This document shows, piece after piece, positions 21,114 to 31,083 of a DNA stretch of 64,000 nt; positions within the stretch are counted from its first letter, which is position 1, and every line of letters begins with the position of its first letter. The DNA is from Flavobacteriaceae bacterium (GTDB lineage Bacteria; Bacteroidota; Bacteroidia; Flavobacteriales; Flavobacteriaceae): positions 33,784 to 97,783 of the forward strand of contig JBLHIC010000001.1 of NCBI GenBank assembly GCA_047614245.1. Reading direction: 5' to 3'. Both the position numbers and the translations under genes were made by a program. The notes under the pieces were generated by a model, which saw nothing but the letters and a program-made list of their open reading frames with translations, was not told the DNA's origin and did not search any database.

Positions 21114-22271
21114 TTATTTGGTTACAAAGTCAATAATAGTTTTTGTGATAAAATTAATTTGTTCATCATCTAGTTCTGTATGCATCGGAAGTGAAATAAC
21201 TTCCTTTACTAATTGGTTTGTAACTACAAAGTCTGCTTCATTATAGCGAGAATCTTTATAAGCCTTTTGATTGTGCAAAGGGATAGGATAATATACACCG
21301 CATGGAATATTTTTCTCATTCAAGTGCTGAACCAATCCATCGCGATCTGAATTCAAAATTCTCAATGTATATTGATGGAAAACATGGCAATTGCAACTAT
21401 CACAGATTGAAGTTTCACCTTTACAAGAGCCACTTGGGGTGATTATACTATCAATACCAGCAAGAGCTTGCGTATATTTTCTTGCGGCGTTTCTTCTTGC
21501 AACATTATACTCGTTTAAAAGGGGCAATTTTGCTCTAAGTACCGCAGCCTGAATAGAATCTAATCTAGAGTTGACACCTACTACATCATGGTGATATCTC
21601 ACATACATGCCGTGATTTACAATCCCCCGAATAACATGTGCTAGGTCATCGTCATTTGTAAATATTGCACCTCCATCACCATAACAGCCTAAATTTTTTG
21701 AAGGAAAGAAGGAGGTTGACGCAACGTGACCAATCGCGCCACATTTCTTCTTGGCTCCATCCCTTGACGAATAATCCGCTCCAATTCCCTGTGCATTGTC
21801 TTCGATCACGTATAAATCGTGCGCCCTAGCAAGATCCATAATTTCATCCATATTCGCCGCCAATCCGAAAAGATGCACCGGCACAATCGCTTTAGTTCTT
21901 GGCGTTATCGCTTTCTTAATTGCTGCCACATCAATATTAAAATTAAAAGGATCTACATCAACCAAAACCGGTGTTAATTGCAAAAGCGCAATTACCTCCA
22001 CAGTGGCCGCGAAGGTAAAATCTGCCGTAATAACCTCATCTCCTGGCTTTAGACCGAGACCCATCATAGCGATTTGTAAAGCATCTGTCCCGTTTGCGCA
22101 GGGAATAACATGCTTAACACCTAAATATTCCTCTAATTCTTTTTGAAAATCATGTACCTGGGGACCATTTATGAAGGCGGTAGTTTCGATAACCTCTTTA
22201 ATAGACTTGTCTACTCGCTCTTGTATCCGCTGGTATTGGCCTTTTAGATCGACCATTTGAATTTTTCGCAT
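21114..22271 (-). CDS. DegT/DnrJ/EryC1/StrS family sugar aminotransferase
   Basis: NGTDAL, IEDNAQ, SFFPSKNLGCYGDGG and NSRLD motifs. Confidence 0.93.
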   Translation of the reverse strand: MRKIQMVDLKGQYQRIQERVDKSIKEVIETTAFINGPQVHDFQKELEEYLGVKHVIPCANGTDALQIAMMGLGLKPGDEVITADFTFAATVEVIALLQLTPVLVDVDPFNFNIDVAAIKKAITPRTKAIVPVHLFGLAANMDEIMDLARAHDLYVIEDNAQGIGADYSSRDGAKKKCGAIGHVASTSFFPSKNLGCYGDGGAIFTNDDDLAHVIRGIVNHGMYVRYHHDVVGVNSRLDSIQAAVLRAKLPLLNEYNVARRNAARKYTQALAGIDSIITPSGSCKGETSICDSCNCHVFHQYTLRILNSDRDGLVQHLNEKNIPCGVYYPIPLHNQKAYKDSRYNEADFVVTNQLVKEVISLPMHTELDDEQINFITKTIIDFVTK

Positions 22272-22382
22272 ATTTTTTCTGAAAGATATTCATACTAATA
22301 AGATCGTAAATTTACAAAATTAGAAAACGGCAAGCAATGTAATTAATCAAAGAAGCGTATTTTAGCCTCACAGAATCTATCC

Positions 22383-23657
22383 ATGAAAACACTTTATAGT
22401 TTTTTGACTCAAATTGCTTCCTTCCACCTTTGGGTAGCCCAACATTTTAGCAAGAAACTCAAAACTTTTGTCAGTGGCCGAAAAGATGTTTTTACAATAT
22501 TGGAGCGTGATATTAGCGCTAAAGATAAGACGATTTGGTTTCATTGTGCGTCTTTAGGTGAATTTGAACAGGCTGTACCAATAATTGAAGCAACAAAGAA
22601 ATTATTCACTAGTCACAAAATAATAATCTCCTTCTTCTCTCCTTCCGGATATGAGATTAAAAAGAATTCAAATTTAGCAGATTCCATTATTTATTTACCT
22701 TTGGATACTATTTCAAACACCACAAAATTCATTAAAAAAGCGCATCCGTCCTTGGCAATTTTCGTGAAATATGAGTTTTGGCCTAATTATCTATTTGAAC
22801 TTAAAAAAAATCAAATCCCAACATTATTAGTTTCAGGATTATTTAGAGCTAATCAGTCTTTTTTTAAACCTTATGGAGGTTTTATGAGAAAGGCTCTTTT
22901 GTCCTTTAATCACTTTTTCGTTCAAGATCCCGCCTCACAGGAATTACTTAAAAAAATTAATATCACGAACACAACTATTAGCGGAGATACTCGTTTTGAC
23001 AGAGTTTCACGTCAAATTGAGCAAGACAACACCATAGATTTTATGGATACTTTTAAGGGTGACTCTATTTGCATTGTCTGCGGAAGTACTTGGCCAGAAG
23101 ATGAAGTAATTTTACTTGATGCGATAAATAGCGCAGCAGACGAGGTAAAATACGTAATTGCTCCGCATAAAATGGACGCTAATAAATTAAACACTTTCAG
23201 GAAAAAAATCAATCAACCAACTGCTCTTTATTCTGAAATAATTTCTCCATCCGGAGCTTTAGAAGATGAGAAACTTATTGACTCTAAAATATTAATTATT
23301 GACACCATTGGTTTACTTACTAAAATCTATAGTTATGCAGATATCGCATACGTAGGCGGAGCCGCCGGCAATACGGGATTGCATAACATCTTAGAACCGG
23401 CGACATTCGGCGTTCCGATACTCATAGGTGATAATTTTGATAAATTTCCAGAAGCAAAAAAACTACAACAACTAGCTGGTCTTTACTCAGTAAAATCGGG
23501 TGAGGAATGTACTCAAACTTTAAGCAAACTGATTAACGATAGATCTTTCCGAAGTAAAACAGGAATGATTACAGAACATTTTATAAACAGCAACACGGGA
23601 GCAACAAAGAAAATAATGAACTACATACAAAAATTACACCGTGATGGCATTGTTTAA
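22383..23657 (+). CDS. waaA: Kdo transferase
   Basis: WFHCASLGEFEQ, GDTRFD, GSTWPEDE and GLHNILEPA motifs. Confidence 0.93.
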   Translation: MKTLYSFLTQIASFHLWVAQHFSKKLKTFVSGRKDVFTILERDISAKDKTIWFHCASLGEFEQAVPIIEATKKLFTSHKIIISFFSPSGYEIKKNSNLADSIIYLPLDTISNTTKFIKKAHPSLAIFVKYEFWPNYLFELKKNQIPTLLVSGLFRANQSFFKPYGGFMRKALLSFNHFFVQDPASQELLKKINITNTTISGDTRFDRVSRQIEQDNTIDFMDTFKGDSICIVCGSTWPEDEVILLDAINSAADEVKYVIAPHKMDANKLNTFRKKINQPTALYSEIISPSGALEDEKLIDSKILIIDTIGLLTKIYSYADIAYVGGAAGNTGLHNILEPATFGVPILIGDNFDKFPEAKKLQQLAGLYSVKSGEECTQTLSKLINDRSFRSKTGMITEHFINSNTGATKKIMNYIQKLHRDGIV

Positions 23658-24287
23658 ATACCTTCGAAAAGGCAACAGCTCTTTGTAAATAGCAATAACC
23701 TTTTCATCAAAACCTTCTTTTATAATTTCCTTTTCCGATAGAGAGCAGGATGCGGCAAATGACTTCCTTCTTAACAAATCTATATACTTATGCTCTTTTG
23801 AAAAGCCCTTTGGAGCGTTCTTTAACGGATGGTCCGCAACTAATTCTCCGAACATTTTCTTAAAGCTCTCTTTTTGAATAATCTTAAGAAGTCTCATTCC
23901 ATCGTAGTCTATTGCTTCACGTAAACTTTTTAATGTTTTTGAAGAAGGATGCCAATATCCACCACCAAAATAGGAACCGTCAACTCCTAGCTCTATATAA
24001 AAATCTCCTTGCCTACTCCGCTGATCCAATCCTGCACCAAAATGATCCTTATAAATAGGTTTATTTGGATGGTAGAGTAAATTATTATTGATTCGATTGA
24101 TGGCTTTTTTACCTGGCGTATAAAAATAAGCGTCATCTATATCTGCCAATTTATTATTCATTGTATCAAGCCACTCGATATAAAAATCCCGAACCTGATA
24201 ATATTCTTTACGATGGAGGTCCATCCATGCTTTGTTATTATTGTTCTGAAGTTTTCTTAAAAATTCGAAAAGATGCACAAAACTCAT
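23634..24287 (-). CDS. DUF2461 family protein
   Basis: FLRKLQNNNNKAW, RINN...KPIYK, GGGYWHP and LKNAPKGF pattern. Confidence 0.85.
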   Translation of the reverse strand: MSFVHLFEFLRKLQNNNNKAWMDLHRKEYYQVRDFYIEWLDTMNNKLADIDDAYFYTPGKKAINRINNNLLYHPNKPIYKDHFGAGLDQRSRQGDFYIELGVDGSYFGGGYWHPSSKTLKSLREAIDYDGMRLLKIIQKESFKKMFGELVADHPLKNAPKGFSKEHKYIDLLRRKSFAASCSLSEKEIIKEGFDEKVIAIYKELLPFRRYLNNAITV

Positions 24288-25058
24288 TTAGTGACTAAGA
24301 TTTCTAATTTGTCCTTTAAGATCATCCATAGATTGCTGTAATTGCCTTAAAAGACCATTTTCACTAGGCTCATCTATACCAAAGGTGAGTTTACTGTTTA
24401 CTAACCACAACTCTTGAATCTCTTTAATCTCAACGTTAATTGGCAGGTATTGATCATTCAACGAAACGAGCGTTACCTTGTCTGGGGAATTCGCAACTTT
24501 CTGTAATTTCTTAACTAAAACCGAATCATTTAACACAACGATATAGATTTTACTGTCGCTTGCCTCAGAAATGCTTGGAACTGCTCTTCCCAGCACCCAC
24601 TCATTTGGTCTAATATTAGGTAGCATACTATCTCCCTCAACCTGAAATCCACGATACGTTGAATTTCGAAATTGTGGCAAAGGAATATTAAACGCTGGAA
24701 GTGATTCATACCATTCGACATCCTGAATATTATGCGGATAACCAGCCGCAGCTTTTTGATTTACAAGTAATATAGTGTCATTATCATCCTTATCAACACT
24801 GATTACTTTCGGACTAACATCACCCCCATTAATATTCACATATTGCGTAAAACTCTTCCCATAAAGCCATAATGGATTAATATTAAACAGTCGTAATAAT
24901 TCCATAATAACTTTACCAGAGAGTTTGGTCTTACCTCGTTCAATATCTGCTGTAGATCCCTTAATTCCAATTAATTCGGCAAAGGACTGTTGCGTTTGAT
25001 GTAATTCTTCGCGTACTTTTTTAAAACGTCTAGCTTCAATAGAGAGATCCTTTTCCAT
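24288..25058 (-). CDS. XRE-HTH/S24 peptidase repressor (non-canonical LexA-like)
   Basis: N-terminal HTH (TQQSFAELIG...IERG), AAAGY cleavage site, GDSM catalytic Ser and VKK catalytic Lys. Confidence 0.88.
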   Translation of the reverse strand: MEKDLSIEARRFKKVREELHQTQQSFAELIGIKGSTADIERGKTKLSGKVIMELLRLFNINPLWLYGKSFTQYVNINGGDVSPKVISVDKDDNDTILLVNQKAAAGYPHNIQDVEWYESLPAFNIPLPQFRNSTYRGFQVEGDSMLPNIRPNEWVLGRAVPSISEASDSKIYIVVLNDSVLVKKLQKVANSPDKVTLVSLNDQYLPINVEIKEIQELWLVNSKLTFGIDEPSENGLLRQLQQSMDDLKGQIRNLSH

Positions 25059-25061
25059 ACT

Positions 25062-25115
25062 CAAACATACTAATTATTTGGAATATTTCCAAGTATAAAT
25101 GGATTTTTTCCATTT
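25062..25115 (-). promoter_or_regulatory. Repressor promoter with two GGA-N5-TCC operator boxes
   Basis: Boxes GGA-ATATT-TCC (25080-25090) and GGA-TTTTT-TCC (25101-25111); minus-strand -7 TATGTTTG (25069-25062) and TTG 20 bp upstream. Confidence 0.75.
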
Positions 25116-25243
25116 TTAATGAGATGTTCAATTTATTTGGCGAAAATCGCATAAGCTTCATCTAATAAATACATTATGAATGATTTTTGTAAGAATAAAA
25201 GAAGTACTTTGACCCCACTATTAATAACTAATATATATCAACG

Positions 25244-25528
25244 ATGAAAAAAGTAATTTTAACATTTGCAGCAATTTGTTTAATTGCCCTAACTTATTCT
25301 TGCAGAGAAACTGAAAAAAAGGCTGATGACACTTCTGAAGCAGTAGAAGAAGTAATGGATGATTCTACTGAAAAAATGGAAGAAGCCGGAGATGCTATGA
25401 ACGACGCAACAGACGCTGCTGTTGAAGTAATTGAAGAAACTACTGATGAGGCCGAAAAAGCTGGTGAGGAAACTGATGAAGTTATTGATAACACGGCCGA
25501 AAAAGCTGGTGATGTTATTAAAGACTGA
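25244..25528 (+). CDS. Small acidic lipoprotein
   Basis: Lipobox TYSC; Asp/Glu/Ala/Thr-rich low-complexity body. Confidence 0.8.
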   Translation: MKKVILTFAAICLIALTYSCRETEKKADDTSEAVEEVMDDSTEKMEEAGDAMNDATDAAVEVIEETTDEAEKAGEETDEVIDNTAEKAGDVIKD

Positions 25529-25574
25529 AAAGACAAATTGAAAGACAGTTAATAGTCTCCTTTTAAAATTGCAA

Positions 25575-25622
25575 TAATAAAAAGGCCTTCTTTACCTAAA
25601 GTAGAGATGGCTTTTTTATTTA
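25575..25622. terminator. Probable bidirectional intrinsic terminator
   Basis: AATAAAAAGGCC-TTCTTTAC...GTAGAGA-TGGCTTTTTTATT imperfect hairpin between convergent genes. Confidence 0.6.
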
Positions 25623-25634
25623 CTGATTAAAGTA

Positions 25635-27593
25635 TTACTTGGCAACGACAATAAACTCGGAGCGGCGGTTTTGTTGATGAATGTTATCCTCGCATTTCAC
25701 CCCATTAGAGCAATTGTTGATTAACATGGATTCACCGTAACCGCTTCCAGAAATTCGCAATTTATTTATTCCTCCTACTTCTACAATATATTCCATCGTG
25801 GATTTCGCTCTGCGGTCTGACAAACTTTTATTATAAGAATCCCTTCCCTTACTATCGGTATGAGCGCGCACATCTATTTTCACATTTGGATATTCATTCA
25901 GCAAAGCAACTAACTTCTGTAATTCAATTGCCGCATCAGGCCGTATATTAAAGCTATTTGAGGCGAAACGTATTGGATTTAAATTTAGAGTTTTTGCAAG
26001 GTCACTTCCTAATTCGATTGAATCCACCGAAAGATTCTTTCCTCTCTCGAGTAGCAACACTTGTTCAATTTTTTTATCCTTTTCCTTAGCACTAATAAAT
26101 GACTTTTCCTGCGTAGAATACCCTTCTTTAATTGAACGAGTAGCAAATGCCCTTGAACATTCTAAACTAAAGCTATACGAGCCGTCAGCCTTCGATTTAA
26201 CTTCGGAAAGAATTTCATTATTTTCATCCAATAAAATTACTGAAGCTTCTGGAATCGGATCCTTAGTAGCTGCATCCAAAACATAACCTTCCAAAATTTG
26301 ATCACAGCGTATCTCTAAGCGTTCGATTCTTTTGAACCTGTAGATGTCATCATCCCCATCGCCTCCTGGTCTATTTGATGCGAAGTAACCAAATTCTGTT
26401 TCCGCATTAATTATAAACGTAAAATCATCCTGGGGGCTATTAATCGGTTTTCCAACATTATAAACAGCTCCAAAAATATTTGATTCTTCAATTTCAGTAA
26501 CAAAAATATCCAACCCGCCAAGCCCAACATGACCGTCTGAAGCAAAATAGAACCGATTGTCGGATCCTACAAACGGGAAGGTTTCTCTTTCCTTAGTGTT
26601 AATCCCATCACCTAAACTGACAGGTTCGGTAAATCCATTCTCAAGTATTTCTACCTTATACAGATCTGAAAACCCCTTGCCTCCTGGCATGTCGCTTGCA
26701 AAATACAAGGTTTTCTCATCAACGCTTAAGGCAGGATGAGCCACTGAATATTCATTATTATTGAACGAAACCTCTTCCACTTCCCATTTACCATTATCTT
26801 TCTTTAGCCCTTGATATATCTTCAAACGATTTGCTCCTAGAGAATCTTTCTTATAACTTCCTTTGGTATAATTGTTACGGGTAAAATAAACAGTCTTTCC
26901 ATCCTTAGAAAAAACAGCCGTAGACTCGTGGTATTTAGTATTAATTCTCTCACTAAGTGATTTTATACTTCTACTCTCCTTTTTTTCCTTCACATTAATG
27001 ATATAGAGATCCAGAAATGGCTCATTATTCCAGTCGTGGGTTCTTGATCTCTCATTTTTAGATTGTCCATTTGAGGCAAATACTAAATCATCCAAATAAA
27101 AAGTTGGGGCAAAATCTGACTTACTAGTGTTAAATTTCCCGTGGTCTATTTCGAATCTCTCACGATATTTGATATCATTTAAATAATCTCTTTCTTTAGC
27201 GAAAAATTGAGCACGATTATCACTACCATTTACTCTATAAAACTCATCAATTATTTGATTGGAAGTCTCGTACTTTTCGATAGACTTCAATGATTGGGCG
27301 TATCTGTACAAGTAATTAGGATCAAGCCCATCTGAATAATCTGTATATAAAACTTCATACCATTTCGCTGCATTATCATAATCGGCAGTAAAGTAATAGG
27401 AATCTCCAAGTTTCTGTAAGAGATCTACCGAACTAAACCCATTTTCTACAACATGAAGATATGCCTGTCTAGCGTCAACGTAGGAATAACGATTGTACTT
27501 ATTATTTCCTTTTTCAACGTTCTCTTCTTGCCCCACAAGAGTATGTGAAAAAAGAAAAACTAACACCAAAAATATTTTAATAATATATTTCAT
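25635..27593 (-). CDS. PorE-like T9SS-associated protein (TPR, PD40 repeats, OmpA C-terminal domain)
   Basis: TPR-like N-terminus, PD40 repeats (LYFASDMPGG, YFASDGHVGLGGLDIF) and AHTDSKG...LSDRRA...NRRSEF OmpA motifs. Confidence 0.9.
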   Translation of the reverse strand: MKYIIKIFLVLVFLFSHTLVGQEENVEKGNNKYNRYSYVDARQAYLHVVENGFSSVDLLQKLGDSYYFTADYDNAAKWYEVLYTDYSDGLDPNYLYRYAQSLKSIEKYETSNQIIDEFYRVNGSDNRAQFFAKERDYLNDIKYRERFEIDHGKFNTSKSDFAPTFYLDDLVFASNGQSKNERSRTHDWNNEPFLDLYIINVKEKKESRSIKSLSERINTKYHESTAVFSKDGKTVYFTRNNYTKGSYKKDSLGANRLKIYQGLKKDNGKWEVEEVSFNNNEYSVAHPALSVDEKTLYFASDMPGGKGFSDLYKVEILENGFTEPVSLGDGINTKERETFPFVGSDNRFYFASDGHVGLGGLDIFVTEIEESNIFGAVYNVGKPINSPQDDFTFIINAETEFGYFASNRPGGDGDDDIYRFKRIERLEIRCDQILEGYVLDAATKDPIPEASVILLDENNEILSEVKSKADGSYSFSLECSRAFATRSIKEGYSTQEKSFISAKEKDKKIEQVLLLERGKNLSVDSIELGSDLAKTLNLNPIRFASNSFNIRPDAAIELQKLVALLNEYPNVKIDVRAHTDSKGRDSYNKSLSDRRAKSTMEYIVEVGGINKLRISGSGYGESMLINNCSNGVKCEDNIHQQNRRSEFIVVAK

Positions 27594-27613
27594 TTTTAAT
27601 AAGGTTTTATCTG

Positions 27614-28570
27614 TTAGAAGAATCTTGGAGAAACCATGTTCTCATTGCTTTTAAACAGTTCAAATCGCAACAGTATCTCGATCGACCCACTATTATATTT
27701 AGACAGCTCGGTAGTTTCTCTATCATACGCTAGACCCAACATCAATTGGTCGGTAATCTGAAATCCGGCCAGAGCACTTAAAGCAGCACTCCATCGATAT
27801 GCGGCTCCAAACGTAAACCTTTTGTTTATAAGAAAATTTGCTGAAAGGTCTGCTTGTAAGGGAGCGCCTTGTACTAATTTGACGAGAATTGCTGGCTTAA
27901 ACAATATGTTGTCTGTAAGATCCAATGTATGTCCTGATATGAAGTAATAATTAACTCTCTCTTTGGCAGTTGCATTTGATGCGCTTTCTGGATCAACTGA
28001 AGATTCGTCGAAATGTTCTGTTGCTAAAATATTTGGAGCGCTTAATCCGGCATAGAATCTATTCGTAAAATAATAGGCCCCCGCACCAAATTGTGGAGAA
28101 AATTTATTGTCAATAAATATTTCAGTATCTGGATCCCCAGGATTATAAGCTCCTTCATAAGCCCGATTACTATCCACATCTAATAAATGACCTCCCACCT
28201 TTAAACCAAATGAAAGTCGTCCTTTTTCAGAGACTTTAAACAGATAACTAAAGTCCAAGTCAACATAGGTTTCTTGAGTGATAAATATTTCGTCTTTTAC
28301 AACGTTAAGACCCAATGACACATTATTGGCAATTGGAGAATGAATGGAGGCCGTAAATGTTTTTGGCGTGCCTTTAATATTATTCCCGAACCATTGGTTT
28401 CTATATAAGCCTGTAAAACTCAGAACATCTCTTGTCCCAGCATAGGCTGGATTAACGCTCAACGTATTATACATGTATTGAGTATACTGAGGATCCTGTT
28501 GTGCACTAGAAATACTAGAATAAAACCCTAGAATCAAAAGCATTACTATAGTTAAGTTAATGTTTTTCAT
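27614..28570 (-). CDS. Type IX secretion PorP/SprF family membrane protein
   Basis: QQDPQYTQYMYN..VNPAYAG N-terminus and SPRFF C-terminus. Confidence 0.93.
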   Translation of the reverse strand: MKNINLTIVMLLILGFYSSISSAQQDPQYTQYMYNTLSVNPAYAGTRDVLSFTGLYRNQWFGNNIKGTPKTFTASIHSPIANNVSLGLNVVKDEIFITQETYVDLDFSYLFKVSEKGRLSFGLKVGGHLLDVDSNRAYEGAYNPGDPDTEIFIDNKFSPQFGAGAYYFTNRFYAGLSAPNILATEHFDESSVDPESASNATAKERVNYYFISGHTLDLTDNILFKPAILVKLVQGAPLQADLSANFLINKRFTFGAAYRWSAALSALAGFQITDQLMLGLAYDRETTELSKYNSGSIEILLRFELFKSNENMVSPRFF

Positions 28571-28623
28571 ACGATATGATATTTTACCTTCCGAATTTTA
28601 AAATTGGCAGGTATTTTATATTT

Positions 28624-30363
28624 CTAGTTTCTATTAATGTATAAAGGGCCTGCCAGTTGTTTCTCATTGCCATTTTCAGTAACATATGTCAATACATAGT
28701 AATATGTTCCTACCGGCAATCTCTCCGATTGACCTAAGGTGCTTCTGCCATTGGAGATTCCCCGGAAATAATTACCTCTAGCACCATAACCCAGAGCTTC
28801 AAATACTATTACTCCCCATCTATTATAGATTTTAACGGTGTTATCGGGATATTTATCTAGACCTCTAATCACGAATACATCGTTTAACCCATCTTCATTG
28901 GGAGTCATAATATCGAATATATCCAAATTATCTATTGAGTTTATATCCCCATTATTACATTCTAATAAATCCGGAATGTCATTGCCATTTTCGTCACCCA
29001 ATTCTTGGCCGTTTGCTATCCCATCTCCTTCTCCGTCGCAATCGCAATCAGCTAACTCCCAAGCTGCCGTTGGCACTAAAGACTGATTAGTATAGACGAA
29101 ATCACAAATATCGATTGGATTGGTACCGTCTATTATCTCATCACTATTAAGTACTCCATCACCGTCGCAATCGATAACATTCCATTGTACTGAAGTAGCA
29201 GAAGTTTGACTATTCACATCGAAATCGCATAACTCTAATGGATTAGTTCCATCAACAATTTCATTTGCATTCGACACACCGTCGCCATCACAATCAAAAC
29301 TATCCCAAGCTGTCGATGGATTGATTGTCTGGCTTGTAACTAAGAAACTACAAAGGCCATATGGGTCTGTACCATCTGCAATCTCGTCTCCGTTAGTTAT
29401 ACCATCACCATCACAATCAAGATCATTCCAATCTATACTCACAGCGGTTGTTTGACTAGCAGGATTAAAAGCACAAGGATTAAGCGGACCTGTACCATCT
29501 ATGACCTCATTACCGTTGGTAACTCCGTCACCATCACAATCGAAATTCTTCCAAGCATCGGACGGAGTAACCGTTTGATTTGCTAATATGAAATCACAAA
29601 AACCTTGTGGATCGGAACCATTGATAATTTCAGTACCATTCGTAACACCGTCACCGTCGCAATCAGACTCATTCCAATCACCTGTGGTTGAAATTGTTTG
29701 ACTTGTTACAACATAATCACACGGAACTTGTGGATCTGTACCATCTATAACTTCTTGGCCATTGGTTACTCCATCCCCATCACAATCTGCATCATTATAG
29801 TTTCCACCTACAGTGGAGGTTTGACTTGCAGCAATATAATCACAGAGGTCTTGTGGATCTGTACCATCAATTCCCTCCTGACCATTCGTTACTCCATCTC
29901 CATCGCAATCAGCATCATTCCAGCTATTAGAAGGGGGTACGGTTTGACTTGTTGATATAAAGTCACAAGTATCTTGTGGGTCTGTATCATTATCTATTTC
30001 AACACCATTAACAACACCATCACCATCGCAGTCTAATGTGTTCCAATCATTTGATACAGTAACTGTTTGACTTGCGGGTAGGTAATCACAAGGGTCATTT
30101 GGATCCGTTGAATCTATAACCTCCTGACCATCAATCACTCCATCACCATCAGAATCGCTGCCACTTACTATAGCGCTAGCGCCAACAGTTAATGTCATGT
30201 GCTCGATGAGCATCGTCATATTGTCGATAATCCCTAATCTTAATATTGATCCTGACAAAAAGTTTTGAGAAAAAGACGGGCTCGTGTTGAATACTAACAA
30301 CATAGCAATAAGGGCTCCCCTGCCTACAAATTTCGAAAATTGAGTGATATTTGTCATATGCAT
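28624..30363 (-). CDS. T9SS type-B CTD cargo protein with Asp/Cys-rich tandem repeats
   Basis: C-terminal TPNEDGLNDVF...IYNRWG...GTYYY gliding-motility-associated CTD; nine 41-aa D(C/S)DGDG..N..E...T.P...C repeats. Confidence 0.88.
   Translation of the reverse strand: MHMTNITQFSKFVGRGALIAMLLVFNTSPSFSQNFLSGSILRLGIIDNMTMLIEHMTLTVGASAIVSGSDSDGDGVIDGQEVIDSTDPNDPCDYLPASQTVTVSNDWNTLDCDGDGVVNGVEIDNDTDPQDTCDFISTSQTVPPSNSWNDADCDGDGVTNGQEGIDGTDPQDLCDYIAASQTSTVGGNYNDADCDGDGVTNGQEVIDGTDPQVPCDYVVTSQTISTTGDWNESDCDGDGVTNGTEIINGSDPQGFCDFILANQTVTPSDAWKNFDCDGDGVTNGNEVIDGTGPLNPCAFNPASQTTAVSIDWNDLDCDGDGITNGDEIADGTDPYGLCSFLVTSQTINPSTAWDSFDCDGDGVSNANEIVDGTNPLELCDFDVNSQTSATSVQWNVIDCDGDGVLNSDEIIDGTNPIDICDFVYTNQSLVPTAAWELADCDCDGEGDGIANGQELGDENGNDIPDLLECNNGDINSIDNLDIFDIMTPNEDGLNDVFVIRGLDKYPDNTVKIYNRWGVIVFEALGYGARGNYFRGISNGRSTLGQSERLPVGTYYYVLTYVTENGNEKQLAGPLYINRN
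28920..30160 (-). repeat. Intragenic 123-bp (41-aa) tandem repeat, 9 full units plus 1 partial
   Basis: Counted in the translation, e.g. DCDGDGVTNGQEVIDGTDPQVPCDYVVTSQTISTTGDWNES; boundaries approximate. Confidence 0.85.
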
Positions 30364-30656
30364 TCTACTATAAATTAGCGCAAAAAAAAAAACCTAGCCA
30401 ATCGCACCAATATATTACGGGGATCACACGGATATAAAATAATTCCAAAACTCGAAGTTATAAAAATATTTTCGTTTTCAATTAATGTTTATAATGAATA
30501 AAATGATTTCCGATGGCACGAGCAATATATTAGATTATCTCCCATATACAAATAATGTAGTATTTCTAGTTTTTAACTTTTCTCAATTTCAAATTTCTAT
30601 GTTGAATCTATTTAAAGCATTATATCTTAATCGGTAAGTAAACAAAACCGTTTCCC

Positions 30657-31083
30657 TTGGCTATAATCAACAAATCAAAGAACATAAAATTTGAAGATAT
30701 TACTGCCAAATTAAAAAAAACAGAACCAAGACTCTTATTCACATACCTTATCACTTACTACTTCTTTTGTCTGGCAATCAATTGGTTTTGTGTGGCATTA
30801 GAGATTGTAAGATTCCCCTTCTACTGGCAAGTCATTTCCGGTTACATTCTTTATATGAATCCAATTTCTATTTTATTAAAAAAAATCCTTTTTAACACAA
30901 TATGCCTATGCAATAGGAGACATGGTTTTCCTTGAATTTAATGGTTCCGCCTTAAAAACCTCTTACACCTACCCAAATAATATACTGGATCAATGGCTTG
31001 GCACCTTTATATTTTCTTCAGGAATGGCCTTATTCTTTATTGGCTACTTTACACTATGTAATAATCTGAATTACAGACTTTAA
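30657..31083 (+). pseudogene. Possible frameshifted membrane-protein remnant
   Basis: Hydrophobic ORF 30657..30935 plus an open +1 frame 30886..31083 (SFLTQYAYAIG...LGTFIFSSGMALFFIGYFTL), meeting at an A8 run (30878-30885); no family recognised. Confidence 0.3.

Noticed and set aside
28920-30160. Periodic repeats as a CRISPR array
   Set aside because: 123-bp in-frame coding repeats with synonymous divergence; no repeat-spacer structure and no cas genes.
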